DNA of 63,328 nucleotides, filler included, from Octopus bimaculoides (GCF_001194135.2; 7 parts of 6 records of this genome joined end to end with filler, not necessarily neighbours in it); one strand, 5' to 3'. Counted from the whole stretch's first letter, positions 1 to 12,141 are shown. Notes: generated by a model from the sequence alone, not told the origin. Translations and numbers: made by a program.

Positions 1-47
<47 letters not shown>

Positions 48-120
48 CATACATTCATATATATACATATATATAAACACATATATACAAACACATATAT
101 ACATAAATATATATATACAC
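1..120. repeat. (AT)n / (AC)n microsatellite
   Basis: Pure (AT)n at 1-41 decaying into AT/AC dinucleotides. Confidence 0.95.
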
Positions 121-216
121 ATCATCATCATTTAATATCTGCTTTCCATAGCTTAGATGGCATGACTAGAACTGGTAACCCAGAGAACTGCACTAGGTTC
201 CAGTCTGATTTGGCAT
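121..216 (-). mobile_element. Degenerate RTE 3-prime tail / RTE-tail SINE fragment
   Basis: (CAT)n then tttaatatctgctttccat...ggttccagtctgatttggca, matching better preserved copies at 21482 and 60043. Confidence 0.7.
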
Positions 217-240
217 TAGTACACTTATATACGTACTTAT

Positions 241-1757
241 AAGAATTCCGGGCAGAGGTAGGGGTCCACGGAGGTTCAGTCCTCAGCCCCCTCCTATTTA
301 TCATAGTCCTCCATGCAATAACAGAGGAATTCAAGATAGGATGCCCCTGGGAGTATAGCAATGAATTCAGTGTACAAGTAGGGGTTTACCAAGGCTCAGT
401 CCTCAGTCCCCTCTGGTTCATCATAGTCCTCCAAGCATTAACAGAAGAATTTAAGATGGGCTACCCCTGGGAGTTCTTCTATGCTGATGATAACCTTGTT
501 TTTATAGCTAAATCATTACAAGAACTAGAGAAGAAATTTCAGGTATGGAAACAAGGTCTGGAATTGAAGGACCTAAAAGTTAACTCAGCAAAAACCAAAG
601 TCTTAGTAAGTAGGAAAGCAGACAAGTAACAAATGCCTTCGGGTAGATGGCCCTGTTCGATCTGTAGGAAAACGTATGTAGAGATTCCACACAATGCACC
701 TGGTGTAAGATATAGACACCTGAGAGGTGTAGCAATATCAGAGGTAGCTTGACAGGAAAAATAGTTTTTGCATGTGGAAGGTGCACAGGTACAATAAACA
801 CTAAAAATGTACAAAAAATAGATTCCATCAAAGGCCAGCAGGGTAAGCTAGAGGTAGTTGATAGCTTCTGTTATTTATGTGACCAAGTCAGTAGCGGAGG
901 TGGATGCTCCAAAAGCATAGCTGCAAGAATAAGAATAATCTGGGCAAAGCTCAGAGAGTTCCTACCTCAGTTGGCAACAAAGGACCTCTCCCTCAGAGTG
1001 AAAGGTAGACTGTGTTATACCTGTGTGTGAACAGCTATGCTACACAGCAGTGAAACATGGGCTGTAATCACCGAAGACATGCGTAGGCTTGAAAGAAATG
1101 AAGCTGGCATGCTTCACTGGATGTGTAATGTCAGTGTGCATGTACAACATAGCATAAGCATTTTGAGAGAAAAATTGGGCCTAAGAGGCATCAGATGTGG
1201 TGTGCAAGAGAGATGATTATGCTGGTATGGTCATGCGATATATATGGACGGGGACAGTCATGTAAAGGAGTGCCGATTTCTAACTGTGGAGGGAACCTGT
1301 GGAAGACATAGACCCAGGAAGACATAGAATGAAGTGGTGAAGCATGGTCTTCAAATGTTGGGCCTCAGGGAGGCAATGACTAGTGACTGAGACCCTTGGC
1401 AATATGCCATGCTTGAGAAGACCCATCGAGCCAAGTGAAATCATAGTCATGGCATACGTGAATAACTGGCATCCAGGCTAGTGACCCATGAAAACCACCT
1501 ATTGAGTGTTGGGCCTCACAGAGGCAATGTGGTCGATGCTGGTATCACATAAGTCGCACCCATGCCAGTGGCATATAAAAAGCACTTTCAAGTACTGGGC
1601 TTCGTGGAGGCAATGACAAATTACAGAGACCTTCAGCAACATGCTGTGCTTGAGCAGAAGACCCATCAAACCAAGTGAAATCGTAGTTGTGGCAGCCCTG
1701 GTCAAACCATCCAACCCATGCCAGGATAGACAACAAACATTAAATGATGATAATGAT
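241..1757 (+). mobile_element. RTE-clade LINE remnant (RT domain, C-terminus and 3-prime tail), disrupted
   Basis: Reads GVYQGSVLSPLWFII...PWEFFYADD (YADD at 480-491), then KVNSAKTK, EVVDSFCYL, IAARIRIIWAKLREFLP, LSLRVKGRLC, with stops and frameshifts; ends ccaacccatgcc...aaatgatgataatga. Confidence 0.9.
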
Positions 1758-2204
1758 ATATGTAAAATTCAAATTGCCTGGGCTTTGAAGCTTCACCTTT
1801 GAATAAGCCAACAGGCAAAACTTATCCCAGTCAACGCAGACCTTACAATAAGTATGACTCTACTCTCAGTATTGACTGAGTTACTCCATCAGTAAATGTA
1901 CTGTTGTTACTCTTAAACTAGCTATAATAATGTAATAACCCTATTTAACAATGCATTACATGCACACACTGCATTACATGCACACACTGCATTACAATGC
2001 ATGAATATATTTATGTGTGTGCTTAATTACAAGTAATTGATATATAATTAGTATATAATTATAGTTGATTGCTTCCTCAAAACAAGTTTCTGCTTCCAGT
2101 GTTTGTGGGAGAGAGATGAAGTGGAGAAGTGAAAGGGCATGGCTAGCCAATTATATTGGTATTGCAACACTAGGTAGGTAGGTATATATGGAAAGGGATG
2201 GAAG

Positions 2205-2210
<6 letters not shown>

Positions 2211-2270
<60 letters not shown>
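2211..2270. repeat. (GA)n microsatellite
   Basis: About 30 perfect GA units. Confidence 0.95.
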
Positions 2271-2273
<3 letters not shown>

Positions 2274-2745
2274 ATGATTGGTGCCACAGCAAATGACCAA
2301 TTGGCTCATTATTGCAAAGAGAAAGTAAGGACTTGTGTGGATGTGTAATGATTTACTGGTGCAATATGATATTTATGAGTGTGTGTGTGTGTGTATGCAT
2401 GTACTTACATAAACACACACACACTCAGGGTTGTTAGTCATGTAGCCAGGGAGTGACAGGGGCATCCTCCCACCCAGACAATGCTTTTATATAGGTGGCA
2501 CTTTTCAGTCTGCTGTATTGAAAAAGAAGAAGAAGAAGAAGAAGAAGAAATATGGCCAAATTCCTCATTTAGTGTGGTGAATTGAGAAAAATTCAATCAA
2601 CTGAAATTACCTATGCACCTAGTAGACAAAACCTCCCACTTTAAGTGACTAAAATCTAAAAGCAAAAAAGTGAGGAAGCTAACTGAACTAAGAATGCCAT
2701 GTGTTGTCCTTAGGTATTTTCCTTCAACTGAGTAGTTGTAGTGGT

Positions 2746-2777
<32 letters not shown>

Positions 2778-4084
2778 GAACCAGAATGGTCCATGGATAA
2801 AAAATGGTTGAGAAACACTGGTGCAGATGCACTCTTGTTGACATGCATTGCAATGATGTGGCACTGTATCTAGGAATTCCAGGAGAGGCAGCTTCATGCT
2901 AAGAGATGAGGGGGTTGAAGTATTAGAGAAAAGGGGGTCAGAGCAGAATAGGGTTCTTGCTGAAGGGGAGTTACATAACTATTTGACTATTCATATTTTG
3001 GAGGAGAAGGTGGGAGTTACTGAAGTGAGTTGTGTGCTGGAGAGGTAGGAGTAGTGATGAGGTGTCTGAGTGGACTTTCCAGGTACATGGTGAGGAAAAG
3101 GGGGGGAACAGGAGTACTGAGAGTGTGTGGGAAAGTGAATGATGGGGGGAATGGATGAAAGGTGACTGTAANNNNNNNNNNNNNNNNNNNNNNNNNNNNN
3201 NNNNNNNNNNNNNNNNNNNNNNNNNNNNNNNNNNNNNNNNNNNNNNNNNNNNNNNNNNNNNNNNNNNNNNNNNNNNNNNNNNNNNNNNNNNNNNNNNNNN
3301 NNNNNNNNNNNNNNNNNNNNNNNNNNNNNNNNNNNNNNNNNNNNNNNNNNNNNNNNNNNNNNNNNNNNNNNNNNNNNNNNNNNNNNNNNNNNNNNNNNNN
3401 NNNNNNNNNNNNNNNNNNNNNNNNNNNNNNNNNNNNNNNNNNNNNNNNNNNNNNNNNNNNNNNNNNNNNNNNNNNNNNNNNNNNNNNNNNNNNNNNNNNN
3501 NNNNNNNNNNNNNNNNNNNNNNNNNNNNNNNNNNNNNNNNNNNNNNNNNNNNNNNNNNNNNNNNNNNNNNNNNNNNNNNNNNNNNNNNNNNNNNNNNNNN
3601 NNNNNNNNNNNNNNNNNNNNNNNNNNNNNNNNNNNNNNNNNNNNNNNNNNNNNNNNNNNNNNNNNNNNNNNNNNNNNNNNNNNNNNNNNNNNNNNNNNNN
3701 NNNNNNNNNNNNNNNNNNNNNNNNNNNNNNNNNNNNNNNNNNNNNNNNNNNNNNNNNNNNNNNNNNNNNNGGTGGGAGTTTAGAATAAATGAATAATGTT
3801 GAAAGCTTAATCTAAAAGATAGACACATTAAATGTATATATTTATATGTATATACATTTATATGTATATATATATATTTATTCCTTCAACTAAAGATGAT
3901 GCTCCAGCATGGTTTCAGTCAAATGACTGAAACAAGTAAAAAATTAGAAGAGTATGCATATATACATACATACATGCACTCATCAACCATTGCGACCATG
4001 GTCAAGCATTCCTACCAAAGTCTCTCCTGGCAACTATCACTTACTGAGCTTTGGCTCATCTAAGAGTTGATCGATAAATACTTG

Positions 4085-4381
4085 AGCATCACATACATAC
4101 ACACATACACACAAACACACATACACACATACATGCATACATCCATCCATCCATACGTACATACATACAAACATAAAGAGAGAGAGAGAGACATACTCAC
4201 AGATCCCAAATAGAGTACAAATATCTGCACATGCACACACACACACACACACATACACACAAACAAGACATATACACAGACACATATATACAGAGAGACA
4301 AATACATACACAATGACTTACACACATAAAGATGCAAAGACACGGAAACATACAGTGATTATTCTTAAGCTAACTCTTTCA

Positions 4382-4415
<34 letters not shown>

Positions 4416-4670
4416 ATCACTCACACATAAAGATGCCACCACTCACTCATACAGACACCACCACTCAAGCATATAGACACCACCACTCAAGCATAGAGAC
4501 GTCATCACTCAAAGCATACAGACACCACCACTCAAACATACAGGTACTATCACCCACAGACACAGACACACACATACACACGCACACACACACACACACA
4601 TACACACGCACATACACACACACACACACAATCACAAACATATGCGCACAAGACAATACACCTACACAAC
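4085..4670. repeat. (CA)n-rich low-complexity region containing a ~22-bp minisatellite
   Basis: CA runs plus about 4 copies of (t/c)agacaccaccactcaagcata at ~4450-4545. Confidence 0.85.
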
Positions 4671-5032
4671 TGTGTGAAAGAGAAGCAATGTATGTGATAA
4701 AACGTGTGTAGGAACAAGTGTATGCAAATTCTATGTGTGTGTTTTGTGTACTTACAAGGTTGTGTGTATGTGCCGATCAGTATATGTCTCTGTACATATG
4801 TGTATTTGTGTACCTGTGTGGTGTATATATGTCTGTCCGTGTGTATGTCTAAACTATAATCCATACAGACATGTGTTAAGGAGAGTTAACCATAGAACAA
4901 ACAGTGTTTTTGGTTTACATCCAACTAATAAGATAAGATGATTAACAAATTAATACATACTCTGAGATGTCTTCCATGAATGTAGAACATCATCATATTT
5001 AAAGTCCAACTTCCGTGCATGAGATATATATA

Positions 5033-5412
5033 TACTCTTTACTCTTTTACTTGTTTCAGTCATTTGACTGCGGCCATGCTGGAGCACCGCCTTTTAGTCG
5101 AGCAAATCAACCCCGGGACTTATTCTTTGTAAGCCTAGTACTTATTCTATCGGTCTCTTTTGCCGAACCGCTAAGTGACAGGGACATAAACACACCAGCA
5201 TCGTTTGTCAAGCAATGCTAGGGGAACAAACACAGACACACAAACACACACATACATATATATACGACGGGCTTCTTTCAGTTTCTGTCTACCAAATCCG
5301 CTCACAAGACTTTAGTTGGCCCGGGGCTATAGTAGAAGACGCTTGCCCAAGGGGCCACACAGTGAATCCAGAACCATGTGGTTGAAAAGCGAGCTTCTTA
5401 CCACACAGCCGC
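5033..5412 (-). mobile_element. tRNA-derived CORE-type SINE, near full length
   Basis: Reverse complement reads gcggctgtgtggtaagaagctcgc...gtggccccttgggcaagcgtcttc (CORE-like)...ggcggtgctccagcatggccgcagtcaaatgactgaaacaagtaaaagagta. Further copies at ~18864-19000(+), 19261-19417(-), 22526-22685(-), 28899-29047(+), 30389-30555(+), 39329-39382(-), 46341-46555(-), 50581-50725(-), 51998-52160(+), 53155-53290(-), 57030-57288(+), 57650-57810(+), 61540-61866(+). Confidence 0.85.
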
Positions 5413-6489
5413 ATCTGCACCTTTGTGGAGTTTTTTTTTTTGTTGTTCATTGATTTGTGTTATGATGATGATGATGGTGATTGTGGTGGTGGTCAGAAGA
5501 GAATTGAAGGTGAGTGTTTGCCATGAAGTTGTAGTAGCTGGGTGTGTGTGAGACAAATCTATCAGTGAAGGGCAACTCTGTTGGACAGAATGTCATCTGT
5601 GAAGGGCAACCATGTGGATTGACTCAAGGCTATAGTAAAAGACACCTTGCCCAAGATGCCCTGCTCTCAGATCAAACTTGTGACCTCGGGATTGTCACCC
5701 AAACCACCTAACCATTCCTCTCTCCAGTGGTCATCACATATTATTAACTGTTGGGGCTAAACAACAACAAAAGTATATTCCAATATATGAATATTATTTG
5801 ATTATTTCCATTTGTAAGGAAGTTAGTTCTCCCATCTGTCACCAGATGGAAGTTGAGATCCATTATTTAACTCAGCTGATACATTACAGCTAAGTGTTTT
5901 TACATGTTAACTATTTAAACCACGACGCACAAACACACACATACATACTGCATATATACTACATATGGAGAGCAGGTTGTTTTTTGGAGTTTTTCTTTTC
6001 ATGTTTTTGTTTCCAATTATAAAGTTTATTGATCTTTAGCATTGATCGCCTTTTGCTTTCTAGATAAATTCAAACCTCTTGTCTGCTTGCTCTCTCTCTC
6101 TCTCGTACATCTCATATTTGTCTTCCCTGCTGGCATAAACTGGGAGGTTTTACAGTATTCAACAACCTGCTAGACTGCAACAAACTCCAATGTCAGCTTT
6201 GGCATGGTTTCTACAGCTGAATGCCCATCCTAACATCAACCATTTTTCAGCATGCATTGGATGCCTCTTTTTTTCGTGCCACCAGCACTAGTGAGAAATA
6301 TTGCATTTCTAAATCTCTTGTGTCACATAGCTTGTGTCACATGGCCAACTGGAAACGATGTTTCTTGGGCTAAATAGCAGTAGCATTCTTCTCTTTCCTG
6401 AGACCGCCACATTAAGTTGGCAACAAACCATCACTTTATCGTGCTGCTACTGTATAAATATTTCTGAGAGATTTAGAAATGCAATATTT

Positions 6490-8040
6490 CTAATTTTGTA
6501 GATCAGTGAATTTATTTCACTTGAAATTCTATAAGTTTCTAAAGGCGAATAAGCATGGTTGTTCAAGCGGCCAATGCGACCTTCAAAAATTTTCCCGTAG
6601 GGTGTTTGTAGGGGAGGGCTATCCATGCGGGTAGCGGTGGAAGGACATAGGCTCAGACATTTCAATTGTGGAGAGAAAGGCCACGTCCATTCCAAATGCA
6701 CCAAAAAAAANNNNNNNNNNNNNNNNNNNNNNNNNNNNNNNNNNNNNNNNNNNNNNNNNNNNNNNNNNNNNNNNNNNNNNNNNNNNNNNNNNNNNNNNNN
6801 NNNNNNNNNNNNNNNNNNNNNNNNNNNNNNNNNNNNNNNNNNNNNNNNNNNNNNNNNNNNNNNNNNNNNNNNNNNNNNNNNNNNNNNNNNNNNNNNNNNN
6901 NNNNNNNNNNNNNNNNNNNNNNNNNNNNNNNNNNNNNNNNNNNNNNNNNNNNNNNNNNNNNNNNNNNNNNNNNNNNNNNNNNNNNNNNNNNNNNNNNNNN
7001 NNNNNNNNNNNNNNNNNNNNNNNNNNNNNNNNNNNNNNNNNNNNNNNNNNNNNNNNNNNNNNNNNNNNNNNNNNNNNNNNNNNNNNNNNNNNNNNNNNNN
7101 NNNNNNNNNNNNNNNNNNNNNNNNNNNNNNNNNNNNNNNNNNNNNNNNNNNNNNNNNNNNNNNNNNNNNNNNNNNNNNNNNNNNNNNNNNNNNNNNNNNN
7201 NNNNNNNNNNNNNNNNNNNNNNNNNNNNNNNNNNNNNNNNNNNNAACTCACTCTGTAAGTATTCCTTTTCAAAAGGGTGCATGAATGTGCGTGGTCTGGG
7301 GTCGAAATGGAAATAAGCTTGTTTTCTGCACGACCTCAGGTCACATGGTGTAGACGTATGCATCGTAACTGAGTCCAAGATGAGTGGACCACAAGTGTCC
7401 TCGCCTCTCTTGAATGGCTGAGAAATTTATTTCTCCTAGCCGACAAGGAGGGGGCGTGGTAGTCTTATTTAGGAAGAACTTGGACGTACAGGTAAGTACA
7501 GTCTTTCTGGACCCAGAAGGTAGGCTGGTCGTCCTAGATGTGATCCACGTGAGTAAACAGTCCTTCAGGTTGGTAGGACTCCTAAGGAGAGTAGGCATTC
7601 TGGTTTTTATCGAGACCTAGAGCACTTTCTAGTGATGTAAAAAAATGATAGTTCTGTTAGGCGACTTTAACATTATCCTCGATGCACGGGTGGATAGTGT
7701 TGGCTCGACTGATAGAAAAGGAAGCCCTGATCTCAAGGGTCTACAAGAGAGCTATAATCTAGTAGACCGGTACAGACTGGATGAGCCATTCGTTCCACAG
7801 TGGGCGTGGAGTAATAACGACGGCTCACGCAATTCTTATTTAGATAGAGTATTCGTAAGAGATGGTGATAGGGATACTTTTAGTTGTCCACAATTTTTTA
7901 TTGTACCTTACACGAATCACAAATCTGTGACGTGTGAGGTACACACAGATAAATGTCATAGACTGGACCCCGGTACTGAAAGATGAACAAGTCTATTTTG
8001 ACTTGTAAAGCCTTCCGTGCCCAGATTAAGTCTACCATCA
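6490..8040 (+). mobile_element. Tx1/L1-like LINE remnant: ORF1 zinc knuckle and ORF2 AP endonuclease, spanning gap 6711-7244
   Basis: RVAVEG...HFNCGEKGHVHSKC (CCHC knuckle with the first C replaced by H); after the gap GCMNVRGL, GGVVVLF, DPEGRLVVLDV, LLGDFN, SYLDRVFV, YTNHK (TDH-like), which are canonical APE motifs; several stops. Confidence 0.88.
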
Positions 8041-8217
8041 TTAATTTGAATTAATTTGAATCATTTGCTTGATTTCAACACCATTAAGATGAACGGTTGT
8101 GTATCATCTCATGTCTTTTCAACCTGTTTTTTTGCATGTTTTCATAGGTCAACTATGAAAATTGTATATGAATGTTATCTAATTTTATTGTCTGCATGCT
8201 ACTACTACTAATAATAA

Positions 8218-8307
8218 GGCCCTGAGGAGATGTAGTATCCCATATTTTATAATATTTTATAAAGTGCACGAATCGATCTGGATATTGCATCGAAATGATC
8301 ATAGGTC
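8218..8307 (+). ncRNA. Type I hammerhead ribozyme motif with palindromic helix III (Penelope/retrozyme-like)
   Basis: CTGAGGA 8222-8228; helix II 8229-8240/8280-8291 (12 bp including 2 GU, closing G-C); GAA 8292-8294; ATGATCAT palindrome 8295-8302; H17 = A8303; helix I GGCC 8218-8221 with GGTC 8304-8307. Confidence 0.72.
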
Positions 8308-8373
8308 ATTTTCATTATTATTATTATTATAAAGTATTCTCAATGGATCAGTTTTGAGCTCTCGTATATATAT

Positions 8374-8473
8374 NNNNNNNNNNNNNNNNNNNNNNNNNNN
8401 NNNNNNNNNNNNNNNNNTTAATTAATTAANNNNNNNNNNNNNNNNNNNNNNNNNNNNNNNNNNNNNNNNNNNN
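8374..8473. other. Artificial scaffold-join spacer 44N-TTAATTAATTAA-44N
   Basis: The same 100-bp construct occurs at 15097-15196, 31138-31237, 39642-39741, 44187-44286 and 55887-55986; the 12-mer is self-complementary and gives stops in all six frames. Confidence 0.97.
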
Positions 8474-9679
8474 CAGAGAAGCTAGCAAGAGTAATGGCAA
8501 GACTAAACCATATGATGAGACACCTGCAGAACCAGGTAACTTTTATTGAAACATAACATATAAATGTAATTGCCTTTATTACTGTTGGACAATATGTAAT
8601 GTTATGCTTAGTGTAATATAAGATCAATGTTTCTATCTTTATATATTGGAGTTGTTATATTGAAATGCAATTTGTGTTTGTATATTTGATATTTTGCAGA
8701 ATATACCAATGACAATCCAGTTGCAGCCACAATACTAAAGGGACAACAAATACAAGATACCTATCTACAGCCAACATAGTAGATGTTCCATGACTATTGT
8801 TAAATGATTCTCTCACACACCAAATCTTATACAATACTTTATATTCATATAAAAATATCAACTCTATATTTCTTTCATACAACACACATAAACGGCCAAG
8901 AGTATCTTCCTTATGGTGTCTGATACTTAAATAATGTTAATATTTTAAACTATATTACCATACTTCTTTAGTTTGTTTCAACTGTTATAGATGTTATTTA
9001 TCCCATATTTATTTAAAACGCCTAATTTTACATGAAATAGTTCATAACTCATTTCATAATATTTACCTGAAATATAAGATTATATTTCAAAACCAATTAA
9101 GGAAATTGTATATTTATTGTATTATAGAATTTCTAAGTTAAGTATCAGATTAGAACTAAATATTTTCCACCATTATATAGACATGATGAGAGACTAAGCC
9201 ATTTGTTTATAATGTTATTTTATATATCATTTATTGTCATTGTGAATAGGACATATTTTCTCAAATCTACAACATTGTAACTTATTTCATTTGTCTCATC
9301 CTTCTTACATTTCATCTCAAAAGTTAAGGGTTTTAGTTTAAGTTTAAAATGTATATTAGCATCAAATATAATTTTGAATTTAACTAATTATAAAGATTAA
9401 TTTCTAGACTAGAATATCAAATAGTTTATAACTTGAAGATAATAGGAAAATATGAAGTTTTTTTGCTTATTAATATTAAACACAAACGAAATTTTTAGCA
9501 CTACAAGCTGCTTTACTTCCATGTGGCTTCTTTTATTTGATGTGTTTGTGTGACACAGACAATATTGCAGTAATTTCCTATTGGATGAGAGAGATTTTCT
9601 AGATTTCTTTCAATATTGAAAGTGAGGCTGATAGCTTTTTTCTTTGTTCATCATACACACAATTGTGTGTGTGTGTGTG

Positions 9680-9955
9680 TGGAGGACATAGAGTTGTAAC
9701 TAGCACACACCAGCATCTGGCTAACATCTCACCTCCCACTACATACAGCAACTGTCACACTATTATATCAGCAGTTACACAGGAACACCACCACCACTAC
9801 AACAGCAGCAGCAGCAGTAACACAGGAACACTACTACTACAACAGCAGTACCACTATAATACCACTGCAGCAGCAGCAGCAGTTAGAGTGGAACACTACA
9901 GCAGGATACACATCATCCATCACACAGAACTACAGTGAAGGATTAAACAATGCAG
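9680..9955 (+). other. Candidate 5-prime non-coding exon of the protocadherin
   Basis: CAG/CAC/TAC-rich unique sequence ending in a consensus donor CAG|GTAAGT (9955/9956), ~3.7 kb upstream of the coding exon; ATTGG (reverse CCAAT) at 9580; 5-prime boundary unknown. Confidence 0.4.
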
Positions 9956-11235
9956 GTAAGTCTCTCTCTCTCTCTCTTTATTATATTTTCATATTCATTA
10001 TAACATTTGTTTAATATGTGTTTCTAGTGAAAGACAGGGTTACTATAATATCTAAAATGTCTGCCATGTTGTATATATACACAGGGACTGGGACAGTGGA
10101 GAATAGAGAGATTTATCCATCACTTCCACCATTAGTAATAACAACTGCAGTAGTCATTGTAATATAATCACTTCAAACTGCATTACGTCCTTTAATGTCA
10201 GAATTACACAAGACACATTTTACAAGATATATTAATATATATATATATATATATATTGTTATATATATATATATATATATAGATATATATAGTGTTATAT
10301 ATAATATTGGTCTAATATAGTCTAAACTAGTTGTATATATATATTTATTTCACCGTCAGAAAACATTGATTGATAGCCAGTAAGGCTGAGTGTTGACTAA
10401 TGCATGTCAGTATAGTTTACATCTGTTTTGTGGTAATAACTCACTAATTAAATCTTCAACGTACTGTGACAGATTATTAATATCCATTTTATATATATAT
10501 ATTGTATATAATAAACTAAAGAGGTTGAGAGTGAGAGAAGTCAACTAGAGATTGTCTTGTTATATTTTCTGAAAAATACATATTTGTATGTAAAGCAATG
10601 AAAAGACTATGTAGTTTTTTTTTAAATTAGTGGATAATTCACAGAGCTTTTCTGCCCTCTCCTATCAATGATAAATAATTTTTTTTGTAATTCTCATTGA
10701 TAAACATATACTTTCACCTACTGGTAACAGAAAGGTACATTGAAGTGAAGCAAATTTATTGTCCAAAGGAATGGACTTTGGTGATTGTCAACTCTGTCTA
10801 GTGTGGTTGATTCAGTTTTAGGCTTAGCTGACACCTAGTTTTCAGTTTTCACAATATTCTGGAAATAGCATAAATTGTCATTAGGGTGTTTCTTCCTTAA
10901 CTTCAGAGGCACTTTTCAATTAATTAAAGAATTATTTTGTATACAGCATTCAGTACATCACACCATTATTTATCACTGATGCCATTGTCACATTGCAGTT
11001 ATTTCTCTGATCTCATCTCTTTTAATTATGTCAATAATTGTGGTAAAAAAAAATATTCATAATTCTTTTACTCTATATAAAATAGTCCCTTACTGCAAAT
11101 AAATATTATACATTCCTTTCCTTTGGCATGTAAATTATTGTGAGATTATTTCTTCATTTCATTAAAAGATCTCTCTTGTTTCTAAGTCAATCACAATTGT
11201 CACTAGGTTTTTGTTCTCTTTCTCCAATTAAGCTG

Positions 11236-11524
11236 GATATTTCGTTGCCAGTGCCGCCGGACTGACTCCTGTGCAGGTAGCACATAAAAAACACCCTTTC
11301 AGCATGGTCATTGCCAGACCCATCTGACTGGCCCTCATGCCGGTGGCACGTAAAAGCACCTACTATACTCGCGGAGTGGTTGGCATTAGGAAGGGCATCC
11401 AGTTGTAGAAACTTTGCCAGATTAGATTGGAGCCTGGTGCAGCCTCCTGGCTTCCCAGACCCCAGTTGAACTGTCCAACCCATGCCAGCATGGAAAACGG
11501 ACGTTAAACAATGACGATGATGAC
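11236..11524 (+). mobile_element. RTE-tail SINE / RTE 3-prime UTR fragment with internally duplicated ~70-nt unit
   Basis: gtggcacgtaaaagcacc...gtggttggcattaggaagggcatccag...ccaacccatgccagcatggaaaacggacgttaaac(gat)n. Other copies on the minus strand at ~6125-6290, 21482-21631, 23644-23846, 49236-49284, 60043-60350, 60675-60910, 61194-61395. Confidence 0.85.
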
Positions 11525-12141
11525 AAAGAGTAAATGTTATCACATTCCAGTACCTAACAATCCTTATAACTGTTCAAACATGGTGACATTTGGGTTGAGA
11601 ATTTATATTTTCTATCTCATCATCATTATCATCATATATACATTTTGGATTAGACAGTTCTCTCGATTCTTTACTCTCCATCATCCTGTTTCCACATTAA
11701 AATGAAATGCAGAAAGAAACATTCATTCCAAAATTGTTCTTGGAACAGGAAAAATAACTGTATCGTTGGGATTGTGATGGCAGATATTTTTATCAAACGA
11801 TTTCTGTAATCGGTCAGAGGGTTGGGACTAGCAATTTAAATTGAATTCCAGATATGTTATGTCTCACTTTGATACTCATTTCTATATAACGTTTTATTAT
11901 TTCAGTATAGATATATTTTTGAAGAAATACATTAATCTATTCATAAATTATCAACATTAAACCTAAAACATGTTAATTGCTAAATTTTAATCAAACGACA
12001 CAATTTTCTGAGACACAATGTAAAACATTGAGACTAGATAAACAGCACAATATTTAAGATAAATGTGGGAGGTTTATTCGAGGGAGATAACTCTCGTTAT
12101 GCATTGTCTTGTAAATTGTCAGGTCACGGAAGACTATTCAG

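Noticed and set aside
2830-3171. Possible Penelope fragment on the minus strand (TVTFHPF resembles PLVLTFHP)
   Set aside because: Only one weak motif and it is cut by a gap; cannot be supported without a search
8418-8429. TTAATTAATTAA as a PacI or homeodomain-binding site
   Set aside because: Always centred in exactly 44+44 N, so it is a synthetic linker
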